Positions 12,910 to 24,737 of a stretch of 64,000 bases of DNA are shown here, piece after piece (positions within the stretch are counted from its first letter, which is position 1; each line of letters starts with the position of its first letter). The notes under the pieces are model-generated. The model was not told where the DNA came from and did no database searches. It was given only the letters and a program-made list of their open reading frames with translations. The DNA is from Tubiluchus corallicola (Eukaryota; Animalia; Priapulida), in assembly GCA_030141605.1 (NCBI GenBank), contig JAQGDQ010000014.1, forward strand, positions 558,001-622,000. Reading direction: 5' to 3'. A program made the translations under genes and the position numbers.

Positions 12910-13098
12910 CCGATAACAAAGTCACTGGGAAAAAATCACTGTAAAAAATCACAATTTATTTTGGCTATCGTTAGGGTTAGGGTTTAGGCTAAGGGTTAGG
13001 GATAGGGTTATTTATTTTTTCTTGTGCCTTTTTTCCTGTGATTTTTTTTGTGATTTTTTACCTTTGACTTTTTATCATGTGATTTTTTAGCTGGATTC
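12910..13098. mobile_element. Foldback-type element with internal (TTAGGG)-like repeats
   Basis: AAAAATCAC arrays, then GTTAGGGTTAGGG..GGGTTAGGG, then GTGATTTTT arrays, ending CTGGATTC as at 9732. Confidence 0.65.
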
Positions 13099-13388
13099 AT
13101 ATTGTTCATGGCATTTTAGATATAAACTGTTAAACTACTAGTGACAATCGATGACAAACAAAAAATCAAGACCTGCTACAAAAGCCGCATCTTTTCGTCA
13201 CTGTCACAAAAGCCTGGTTTACGCTAGACAGAAACTGCTCTACCCGTAGCGTTCTTTTTAGAACATGTAATGCAAATAGTCGCACAACCAAGGTGGTAAC
13301 TGCGGGAAATTGATTTTACGTGACTGGGTCCTCGTGACTTGGTGTACAAAAGAGGTACACATTCAGGACCGAATTTTGTAATCTAGAC

Positions 13389-14478
13389 CAGTGATTCCCA
13401 ACTGCTGTTCCGCGGCATACAAGTGTGCCGTGACAAATCATCAGGTGTGCCGTGGAAGATTCACCGATTTCACCTGACTGGTACTCTAAGACTTAGAGTA
13501 CCAGAGTCTAAGTGAACGGTGCGTAGCGACAGGCAGAACAAGTAAATGATCTTCCAATAGAGGGCAGTGTGCCAGCGCGATATGTCCGGCAGCTGGAAGT
13601 GCATAGTCATGCTGCGAGTGAGACAGTGCAGCTAATAGCGATGGATAAATATTTGAAAAGAAAAAGTACTCAATCTGACCTGGGTCCTGAAGAAAATTCC
13701 GACCCAGATGAAGGCCCTAGCATGAGTACTGGTCAGAAGAAAGCAAACAAGATGAGCTCAAGACAATACAATGAAAGTTATCTTGCCTTTGGATTTACTT
13801 TTCCCGGGGAATTAAGTGCGTCAACTCCGCTATGCCTGGTGTGCGGGGAAAAGTTGTCCAACAGTGCCATGGTTCCAAGTAAACTCAAACATCATTTAGA
13901 GACAAAACACCCGTCACCTCAAAACAAGAATACCGACTATTCTGTTCAGCTGCGTGAACGGACTGAGAAACAGGCAGCGTTATTGAGGAAAACCGCCAAG
14001 ACGGGTGAAAAAGCTCTGCAAGCTAGCTACTAAGTTGCTGAACTCATAGCCAAATCAAAACACCAAGCAAAAAATAACTGAACTGAGACAAAATCGTGGT
14101 CTAAAGCTGAGCTTTGCTGATGGACAGTTTTTGGCTGACTGCTGCCAAGGAGTTCCCTATTCTGGGAAACAAAGCAATTTTAGCTCTTCTCCCTTTCTCC
14201 ACAACCTATCTATGTGAGCTGGGCTTTTCAAGCATGACTACTATAAAGACTAAGAAAAGAGAGAGACTCAGAGCTGTTGCGGAAGATCTTCGTGTCTGTC
14301 TTTCTTCAATTCCTGCAAGAATATCAGCTTTGCGTTCAACTTAACAGGCCCAGGTTTAACATTGAGTAAGTAAATTAAGACTAAATTTTCATTATATTTC
14401 TTTTTTGTGACATTTTTGTTTGGTGGTGTGCCTTGTGATTTTTCTAACGCAAAATATGTGCCATGGCTCAAAAAGGGG
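13389..14478 (+). mobile_element. Internally deleted hAT transposon (Buster/Charlie group), non-autonomous; 3' TIR not seen
   Basis: 5' end CAGTGATTCCCAA preceded by ATCTAGAC (NTCTAGAN target preference); GTGTGCC subterminal motifs at both ends. BED finger ([26 protein letters not shown]) is joined at about 14060 to the C-terminal dimerization region ([23 protein letters not shown]). Confidence 0.92.
13641..14363 (+). pseudogene. Disrupted Buster-type transposase (N- and C-termini only)
   Basis: MDKYLKRK start, in-frame TAA at 14031-14033, catalytic core missing, frameshifts in the C-terminal part. Confidence 0.88.
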
Positions 14479-16486
14479 TGCATTTTTAATTGCAGGACTC
14501 CAACAGTACATGACACATATGTGGACTGTGATTAAAGATGTGAAAGCGACTAATGGTGCAGCCTTACTCTCAGAAAGAAGTTACGTAACAAGTTGTGAGA
14601 GAAGTCTCTACGTCTGAACGCGCCATAAGAAGGACGCGTTCCTTACATTCTCGGCAATATGAACGGGCATAACTCCCTGGTACGTACAGTAGCTGTTTGT
14701 TGGTTAATTACATCTAGATTACATAAACATGCCTGTGCGGTGAACTAAGCGTAAGATTTGCCAGAGTAATTTGAAATGTGTCAACAGACTCGGCAATAAT
14801 TACTAGTAAATTCATCAACTCATTTTGCCTAATTATCGGTATCGGCTAAATATAGAGGCAGACTCAGTGAACGTCAACAAGCTAACAGAATACTGAGCCT
14901 AGAGTACAAGAGAGAACTACAACAGTGTCGGTACATCCAGTTAAATTTTTGTATATAGTTTTAGATTTTTGATAAGTTAAAAAGACAGGTTTTTGGGTGT
15001 GCATCTGCAAACTCTGAGTAGTTTCTAGTTAGGAACTAATTTCATTGTTACATTGGCACATTTTAAAGAATAAATGGATAATCTTATGACCTTATGACAC
15101 CAAGAATCTTCAAATAAGTTTATTGACCCCAGCTCAAGCTCTAAAATCTTTAAAGAGTATGTAAAGGGCTCGTGTCTTACGAGATTTTTTGCATCATTTT
15201 AGATGTAGAACATGCACTGATTATTCAAATTCCTTAAACGTTTTTTGCGCATTAAATTTAGATTTGTTAGTGTAGACAGGAATTTCGTTCTGTATGCAAC
15301 GAAAAAGTTTCTTAAGGTTTCATGGATTCGAGACACATATGTCATTCATTATCGAACCGTAAGGAGAAAAATAGGCGTGAGCTATAACAACACAGTGTGA
15401 CAGCTAAATAATAAAATTGTAAACAAACAATAGCGTTATCTGTTGTTTTGCGATTCTAACGTGATTTAAACCAAAAATCTTGCACTTCAATCCCTGTTAT
15501 TTTCTGTGCCCGACAAATATCTCATTTGCATGACTAAATACTCAAAGGAATAGCAAAATTTTTGAATATGTATAAAATTACACGAAGAATAAGCGTCGTC
15601 GTCGTTGTTGCTGTTGCCAGTCTTGTTGTCATTGTCGTTGTTGTTGTTTTATCATCATCATCATCCTCATCGTCGTCTGTTCATCGGCATCACCATCTTT
15701 GTAACCACACACAACATAACGGCGACAGTAACAGTAATAAACGTTTTCATTCTTGCAGGCATCATGACATTTGCAAAACCTCACCAGTAATCCTACGCAC
15801 CCTGATTTACATTAAGCATTAATTAGTGCTTGGGTCAAATCAATTATTTGCCTGCCTGCAGCTGAACAATTTACCTGAATATACTGGCTTAGGGCAAACA
15901 GTTACTGCTGCAGATAATTAGATCTGAAAATTTCGGCCTTTCAATACCTATGATATGACACAGGTACGTAATATTACGTCATCGCAGCTTAATGCTTTAT
16001 GCACCTTCAAACTACATAATAGGGGTCATCGTACCTATAATAATTATTACCGTTTTTTGTTTTTACCCACAACTTTAACAACACAATGTTATCAGCAGTT
16101 ATAACATTTTTGTTAAGCGTCCTAAGGCGCTCTGCTCAGTAAAACTAGATTTTCTGCTTTCACTAGATGCACTGATTACTCATTGCGAGTACACTGTCTA
16201 GTGTTTCTTTTGTAAATGACATGCCTAGAAATTCGAATTCGTTTAAACCAGACAGGTATGTGGCCTATGTAACGAAAGTCCGTTTTCATAGAGCTTCGCC
16301 AAGCTATAGTTCGTGCTTGAAGGGGAAGAACAGCGAATAAAAACTTTCCTTACAAACTTATGTTACTTAATGTAACTTATCATTGCTTAACACTACACTT
16401 ATTTATTTAAAAGACCTATGTAATTTTTTAAGAAAGAAAAGACAGTTCTTAATAATCTGAAGCATTCGCACCACTCGTCTAACGGC

Positions 16487-16830
16487 ACTGCATCGCCCCA
16501 GGGTGCAGCACTGATTCACCAAAAACACATTATTGATCTTATTAATGATATAAAGTAATTTATACTTCTCTTTAATCAGCAAACGCTGTGCTACGAATGC
16601 TCTGATTATTTTCTCAAACTTTTTGCAATGTTTGCTAAATTTATTTCAAGCGACATACCGTAAAATCTCTGCACCTAGCGGTCATGGTGGGAGTTTAAAT
16701 TGCGAGTTTTGTAGTGCATTATTGCTGATGAAAGCCCTGTGCGCAATAAGTGATATAAAGTTACAATGCAAATTTTTTGTTATTATAACTTTATATTATT
16801 TATGAAAAGTGTTTTTTGGCTTTAAGTCAT
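16487..16830 (+). repeat. Dispersed repeat, copy 2
   Basis: See 5967-6320. Confidence 0.75.
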
Positions 16831-18699
16831 CCTGTTATTGCGTGAAATTACAGCTGTCAAAGATCTTGTTGTGAACTAAAAAAATCAAAGAGCTGAACAA
16901 ACGCGCTTTTATACAATTTTCATTATTTATATGATTGCTTCCTTGATTATACTGTGATAATTATTTCGTTTCTATTATTCATCAGGTTAAACAAACTTTT
17001 TAACGCACAAATTAGATCGGTGTATTTCTGTCACATTATATCACTGTTATAAGCTGCAAACGAACTACAGCAACGATCATCAACTTACCATCATTGGTGG
17101 GGTTCTTTATTGGTCGACTTACTCTTTACGTTTAATGGAAGAAAATTATTTTCTAAACTTTGAAGTTTCCATACATGGAATTTGATAGTAGAACAATGTG
17201 GCGTCAACGACCTTCAGAATTAGTTTCTCCTTGGGCAAAAGGTTTTGACAAACGTTTTTAGAAATCGCCCAAGCACAATAGTGAACGCGCACTGCATCAT
17301 CCCGAATTCACAATGCATAAATATATATTCTGTGAAATCTAGTTTCCGGATGCTATTGCAGTAGTTCTTGTAATACTTTTAAGCAATTTTGACGCAATCT
17401 GTAATCTTTTCAAAACGAAGTGACTTTTTCTCAACCTATCATTTTTGATACAAGAGAGGCCATTAAATTTTACATCATAAAAAAAATTTCCATCATCTTG
17501 AAAATTTGTCACGGATCATATAAATAAAATGGGCAGTGGAACCGCCTAAGTCAAGGTAAATTAAAGTAAAAAACTGTTTTATAGAAAGGTTGCTTTGATA
17601 ATGCTTTGAAGATTCAGGCCCTGGCATCATCTTCATCATCAACATTAATAGTAGGTCATGCCCACTCCCAGTTCCAAATAAAAAAAAGAAAAGCGGTAGC
17701 CGCCACAACGAGAAATCAATTGGTTCGTTCCTTTGTACACGTTCATTTATTCGTTCATTGATTTTTTCATTCATAGCCACTTGGCAAGAATGTGGTCAAA
17801 CATGATCAGCTGTTGTTATTGTTGTTGTTGTTGACAAAAGAATATTATTCATTTCTTATTGGCTGTCAATTCTTGGTAAACAGTAAGTAAGTGATGCAAT
17901 TTAATCAGCTGCTAGTCTAAGCTAATCGATTCTTGCAAGTAATCAATATACACCTTGCTATTTGCACAAGATACTGTTTTGTAAAAACCTGCTTAGAACC
18001 AGTTTAGAAACTTAGAGTGTAAGTAACAGTTTATCTTAAGACGGGATTTAAACAATGAAACACGGGTCATATTACTGCTTGCCGTCCATTCAGCATTGAG
18101 TAAAGAATAAATGCAATTCAATGTAATAAGGTATTAAAGAAACTAAATAATAATGTAATAAACTAATTCAATGCAAAAAGTAATGAATGGGTAATGAACG
18201 TAACAATAATGTAATAAAGTAATTCAATGTAAAGAGTAATGGATATAAGCTAGCTTTTTAGGTCTCTAGCGCAGAATTCATGAATTGTATCATGATTTTG
18301 TATTAACAAAAACTGATTATCGATGCACATGTAATGCATATGTATATGTTTATTGCGAAATAAATCTATTGAATTGTGAATTGTAAATATCGACTGTCCA
18401 ACACTGACAAACCAGTTTCCAATCACAAGAACTGGGCAAATTTGTAAGAGGATTAATTTTCCAATGAAGGCGAGCGATAAAATTTGGACTACATGGAAAC
18501 TTACTCGCTAAAACACACTTCTACCCGTTCAGGGTAATTGCGCCTGCGCATAGAGGTATGTAGCATTACAAATCTGCACTGAAAACTCATTGTTCTACAA
18601 TATTTACATCAACCCACATGTTGAGCACCGATACTGTTTCAGTGCCTGGGGTAAGGACGGAGTAAGCCTGGGGACCAGCAACAGTAACTTTGAGCAAAA

Positions 18700-18960
18700 A
18701 GAACCATTTAAATACGTTTCAGACAAGCACAGCTGGATCTCACGAGAGGTCCTATAGAATCCTTCAAGCTCTATTTACCAAAAAATCAAAGCTCGACATC
18801 ATTTATAAACGTACTTTGGCTTTTTCTAGAGCAAAACAGTTACCGTCGAATTTTTCACCATCAAAAATTGGTAGTGCCTGTAGCGTTAATGCTTTTAAGT
18901 CACAATTAAAGAACTACTTGCTACGAGGACTGCAAAGTATTTCACTTTTTATTTTTTACT
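18700..18960 (+). mobile_element. LINE ORF2 3' remnant
   Basis: KRTLAFSRAK..LP..IGSACSVNAFKSQLKNYLL matches the ORF2 terminal motif (WN.LP..I...S...FK..LK.YL). Confidence 0.55.
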
Positions 18961-21546
18961 GCAGGTTATGACTAATGTGTTAAGACTCTAAATGTTTATG
19001 TACATTGCCTTTACTTTGTGACTCCAAGTTAGTTCTTTGTACGTAATTAAAGAAATTTTAAATTTAAATTGGATCTTCATTGTATAATGTTTAAAGCTGG
19101 CTTTTTGACTCTGGATTTTAATTATTTTAGTGTAAATGTACCAGTTTATATTTCCTCCGATATTTGGTCTTAGAACTATAATCAATGTAAAAAGTGCGCC
19201 TCAAAGAAATTTAGTTGATTTACATTTAAATGTCCTCCCCTCGTTTAAGTTTAAATTAATAAACAAGCCCCAAATATCCAGGTGTGACTCCCAAAAGCCT
19301 ATCGTGTAACACTAAGTAGAACGGCTGGCAAAAAGCCTTTTTGGTGTTATGACGCTTATGAGTTCTATGGTAAGCTGCAATTTGTAACTATAATCGTTTA
19401 AACGCAAGAAACCGAAACTAAATTATAGTCCGAAAATTTTTTTGCACCATTGAGATTCCAAACCAAATTCGATTCTGCTTTCCGAGCTAACCTCAAAGAA
19501 AATAGTCCATCATTTTATTCAATGCTTTTGATGTTAACCGATACGAGTGGATCTTAATACCACTAATTATGTAATTATTATTAGATTCGATTTAACTATG
19601 GTCAAGTGTCATAGGTTAAGGACCGGGTGTGGTGATTGTGAAATTCTGATATCATGCTGTCCATACATCAATAATTCCGCCTTTGTTAGCCAATAGAAGG
19701 TTACCCTTGTCTTTTGCTTGCTCTTCTTCAATAAAATAGTTGGCGATTTTAGATACCTGGATTTTCGTTTTCGTTTTCCGGTGTTTGCGATAATCACTTG
19801 CAGCTCAGGTAGACACTCAATTATCATACTCTTATCCGTCTTCAAGCGTTATTAAACGTCTTCATACTTCACAGCTAACTGAATGAATGTGTTCATCAAC
19901 ATGGTGAGGACAGTTCCACGCCTTCCAGACAACTAAAATTTTTCCTAAACTAACTACTTCTTCCAGTCTTTTTTCTCTTGAAGCCCACGTAGGCGTAATA
20001 GTACGATGGTAGATATGTGTGTTTGTTTATTGAACCGCCATTACATACATTACATTGCAAACAAATAAACAAGACAAATTTAATCAACAGTGAAAGAGAC
20101 GTTTACAAGAGACACAATCCCCTTACAGAGGAATATTGTGGCTCAAGTGTAGAGTTAATTCATACAAATGTTAAAAATAGTTATTGCAACAACGTTACCT
20201 AAAGTAATATTAATAACTCTTTGAACAATTGTATCGAGATTTTATTTAAACAACATCTGATTTCTAATCTGAAAGGCTGATTCCAGAAGTTCGTGGCATA
20301 ATAGTAATTAGCCCAACTATAATACATGCTATGTGGAAACGTGTTGTTTATGCTTTACTGTAAGCCATTCCCGTTCGATAAGCATTTCGATTTGTCGCAA
20401 CTCAGAAAAACAAGGCCAAGCATGTTACAGTTTACGCAGAAAAACTGTAAAAATGTCTTTGACTGATCGGTTAGTCATGAGCATCTATTTGCCATCCTAT
20501 TTGCTGCCAATGCTTACCAAAAGTGGGGAAGATACTTCAAGCATGTTGAAGAAGAAGATTACAGTGACAGGATCAGCAAATATAAATATAAAGTCGAATG
20601 ATTCACACATTTTTCTTTTTGTACGTAAAAGCTCTTCAAGTTCCTTAATATACTAGGCGAAATGAGTTTCACTTTTCTGTCTTCTCTCACAAACGAGGTG
20701 CTAATGGCCCTTCTGGTTTGCCATCTGAATAAACCACTTGGGAAACTACTTTCTGTTTATAATAATATAAAGGCCTCAACCAAATATCTCATCGTAAGTA
20801 TTGTTCCGCTTCTGAGATACAGTGTTTGTGGTTAGTAATTTATGCTGCTGTGCTTTTCCGTTGTGAGATTTATTCACTCTGTCTTTTTGGTTTCTTCTTT
20901 ACGTTTGTATCCTTTTTCGTAAAGTATGATAATCTTTGTATATGTTAGTATTTAGTAATTTTATGGTGTTTTCCATTTGTAAACTTTCACCGACGTGTTC
21001 ACTGTTTTTCCTGATTGTGAGATTTTTTTCATCAATTAAATCATTGTATTAAGCAATGAGAAAATATTAATAACAAATAATAAAAAAATAACCGTGGAAT
21101 AAATCCATTATTGCGACCTTAACTCTTGGTTTTCTTCTGACGACAATACTTACAAGCACCACATTGGTTGTATAGCAGAACGTTAGAATAATCATTGCTC
21201 AATCTACAGGATCATAGTCCCGTTTCCTTGATTTAGAAGGAATGTCGATACGCATAGAGTTAGCCCAATAAAAATAAGACGCCATAAGACGCAATCTACG
21301 CCAGGGCGGAGTAGTTCCGCTATTCTTGAATCAATTTCTGTGTGCGTTATATAATTTTGCCGTTAACATGTAAATTAGTCATCCTATTAAATCGGGAGTG
21401 ATACTCACTTACCAGATTAAATGCACGATGATGTCTGTGTTGATCGTTGCACTGGTTTTATTATGATTATATTGATGTTTCTTTATTCTGCAGTGGCAGT
21501 TAAAGGAAGTAGACAAGATTTGCAGGAAATCAATTGAAAATAGAGG

Positions 21547-21563
21547 CAGAGAGAAAGAGCGAG

Positions 21564-21617
<54 letters not shown>
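21547..21617. repeat. (AG)n microsatellite
   Basis: Seen directly. Confidence 0.95.
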
Positions 21618-21621
<4 letters not shown>

Positions 21622-22599
21622 AGTATGAAAGGCATTGGGAGACCCTCGACGAAAGCGCAGGCCCATGAATATGGATCACAGTTCTTACGCAGAAAGATTA
21701 CGAAAACACGGCTCGCTCGTTAGTCAGCAGTAAGTGGTCTGATTTTACCGACCAACTAGGGCATGTTAGATGCCTAACCAAGCAATCCTAAATCTGTAGA
21801 TATTAGCATTGTTGCATAATTAACACCGTTGCAATTATAGCACTACTCTTTCTCGCGACCGACAATACAGTTCAGCAAGAGCGTGATGTACGAAATAGTA
21901 TACTGTTATTAAATTACATTGCTTGAGTATTGCATTAAAAGGAAAATAATCAAATGAGCGAATTTAATAAAAATTCTCACAAGTTGCATGGTGACCCTTT
22001 AACTGGTTTCCAGCCAAGACATTTAATATTCTCAATGAAATGAAAGCTGCATGAATTTAATTGACGTTGAATGGTAAATATTTGACTTCTGCAGCAGAAC
22101 AAAGATAACCGAGATGATTTACTGATTATGAAAATAAATAATTCACTTGCGGAAGTCCTAATTAGTTAGTGCTGCTTATGTACATTGTACAGAAAACATG
22201 GCAATTGCATCTCCATCATATATCGTATTTGCTAATCATAGTAATTGTATAATTCTCTATCAAGATCGCTGGTTTGTTATTTGCTAAGAAAAATGCCCTA
22301 TAACATACAAACGGGCCCTGTTATATGAAATGTGTCATTTCTGGATGGTCGAATATTATTAGTGGTTATGAAATGACAGGCAGCTTAAGTGCCTACAAAT
22401 GAATGACATAAGAATAGTAAAAATAACTTGGTTGATTAGCAAATAATCTCATTTTTATAATAAATCTCTTACATTTTATTCATGTAAAGATTTCACAGAC
22501 ATTTCGAAATTTCAACGTTAATTCGACATACTTAATAATCCTATACTGTAACATTGATAATTTATAATCCTAATGTCAAGATTAATATCAATAATGGTA

Positions 22600-23100
22600 C
22601 AAACCCACAATTAATAAAATCTAGAAACCAAAGCTAAAAAACAGCGAATGTGAAAAGTTGGAACACACCTTGGATTTGAAGCAGGGACCTTTTATTAAAC
22701 GCAGACACCTTTGACCGCTAGAGTACCATATTCTTTAGCAATCAAGCCAGTATACTGCTCATCCCTATAGCTGGCCAGCCAGTTAAACATTTCCAATGTT
22801 AGATCACTAACGCTAGAGTGAGTCTAAGCAAGTATTTCAGGCTCAAATTTAATCAAAATTAAATGTAATAATTAAATTTGTTAGAATAACTCTAGCGTTA
22901 GTGATCTAAAATTTGAAATGTTTAATTGATTGGCTATCCGTGTGGATAAACTTTGTACTATCTTGATCGCTGGGGAACGTGGTAGTCTAGCAGTCAAAGG
23001 TGCCTGCCTTGTAAGTAAAAGGTCTTGGTTCAAATTCAAACTATGACCTACTTTTCGTGTTAATTTTTTCCAAGTTTTGTTTCAAATTTAATAAATTGCC
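22600..23100. mobile_element. Head-to-head inverted pair of the tRNA-module repeat
   Basis: 22600-22820 (minus) and 22889-23100 (plus) share ACTCTAGCGTTAGTGATCTAA.ATT.GAAATGTTTAA and the tRNA-like block. Confidence 0.75.
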
Positions 23101-23598
23101 TGATAGATGCGAAAGGTCAGTATTTTGATCTCTCGAATTTACCGATCTGTACAATAGCGCATGCGTACTTGAAAGAAATTATAATTACACATTGCATGAC
23201 AGCATCAAATACTAGATCCATGCCATCTGCTCTCATCGTACTGTTCATTTTAAGTTAAACAAAGTGCTTATCTGTGTCAGCGACCATTACCCGGCTTCTG
23301 CAAGCATCATCAGTCAGCACATGACACTAAGCTAATGAAATGGTTTCCTATATCCGTCGCCTATGGGGAGTCATCTAATATCAGTGCAGGTAGAGGGTAT
23401 ACTAATCGGTGCATTGAATTTTCTGCACCAAAAGACCTGTCCAGAACCAGCAAGCTTTCTTTTAACATTGGCACATAACTCTTAACTATTGGCACATAAC
23501 ATTAGTACATAGGCTTTTATAACTTTTGCTACCACTAATCTACTTCAGTACCTACTAAGGCTGAGTTCTGGAGATACCATGAGCCTCGGTTGTTTTTT

Positions 23599-23800
23599 TA
23601 TGGAACGCCAAACTGGAATTTAATGCTTATTTTTTAGTATTAATAAATCAATTCTGATTATAAACAAATCAATTTTCAATATTCATAACTGATTTATTTA
23701 TATTAATAAATGAATTATGAATAAACAAACTTGATTTATTCATATTAAAAAATAATATCAATATTCAAATTAAGCATTAAATTCCATTTTGGTATTTTCG
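23599..23800. mobile_element. AT-rich MITE with TIRs
   Basis: CCAAACTGGAATTTAATGCTTA ... TAAGCATTAAATTCCATTTTGG. Confidence 0.6.
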
Positions 23801-23959
23801 TTACTCGGCAATTTTAACTGTTATTTTGTTGATTAAAATTCTGATAATAATGTTTTCATTGTCAGTTAAAATGATTATGCCCCATAAAATGCAACGCAAT
23901 GCAACACAACACAACAGGATGATGTTGTTACCCGAATTTTCATGTACACTAATTAGGAG

Positions 23960-24142
23960 GGTTCTCCAAACGTCTTATTTTATTAACAGGTACTAAGAAA
24001 ATGATATTTTATTGGCTAATTAATTAGTCCTGTATATATATATATATATATACAGGACTTATATACAGGACTTAATTAATTAGCCAATAAAATATCATTT
24101 TTCTTAGTATAAGTTAATAAAATAAGACGTTTGGAGAACCTG
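23960..24142. mobile_element. Near-perfect palindromic MITE centred on (TA)n
   Basis: GGTTCTCCAAACGTCTTATTTTATTAAC.. / ..GTTAATAAAATAAGACGTTTGGAGAACC; right end CCTG-TA is Tc1/mariner-like. Confidence 0.75.
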
Positions 24143-24695
24143 TATAATGCGCAGGACTTCACGCATTTTGTGCATCTGTCCGGCTTCACAATGCAGCTGT
24201 CAACGATCAAGACAGCTGGATTTCATCAAATATTCTATTAATCATTCCATGTCTAGTGGATTTATAGGATATCAATTGCCTGCAGTTAAATACAGCTCAT
24301 ACTCAGTCGGCCGTCCTGCAAGAATTATTTTTTATACTCAGCTTTCGCAGGGGTCCAAGCAGTAGTATATCATCTTGAGCCTGCATCAGTATCATCAATG
24401 AATCAGAATTGCTCTGAATTAGACTAGATTTTTGTGCTTAGAAGAATAGGCAGTTTTATGATTTTTTTTCACGACAGAAGATGATTGTGCTGCATTGTAA
24501 AAGAAGTGCTAACATAACCCAGTTTCGGTGACAGACATTTATCTATGAAGAAACACTTCGCTGCACTATATTAATTTCAGTGGACATTTACAAAGCATAC
24601 TTGAACACTTAATCTACATAATTGTACTGATTTTCAGAGTATGTATGTGACACTGGTCGCCCTCTTGGTTTATTTAACCTGAGTAACTACATATA

Positions 24696-24737
<42 letters not shown>

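Noticed and set aside
19609-19990. Possible Tc1/IS630-like transposase fragments on the minus strand
   Set aside because: Short motifs in inconsistent order with many stops; not supportable by eye.
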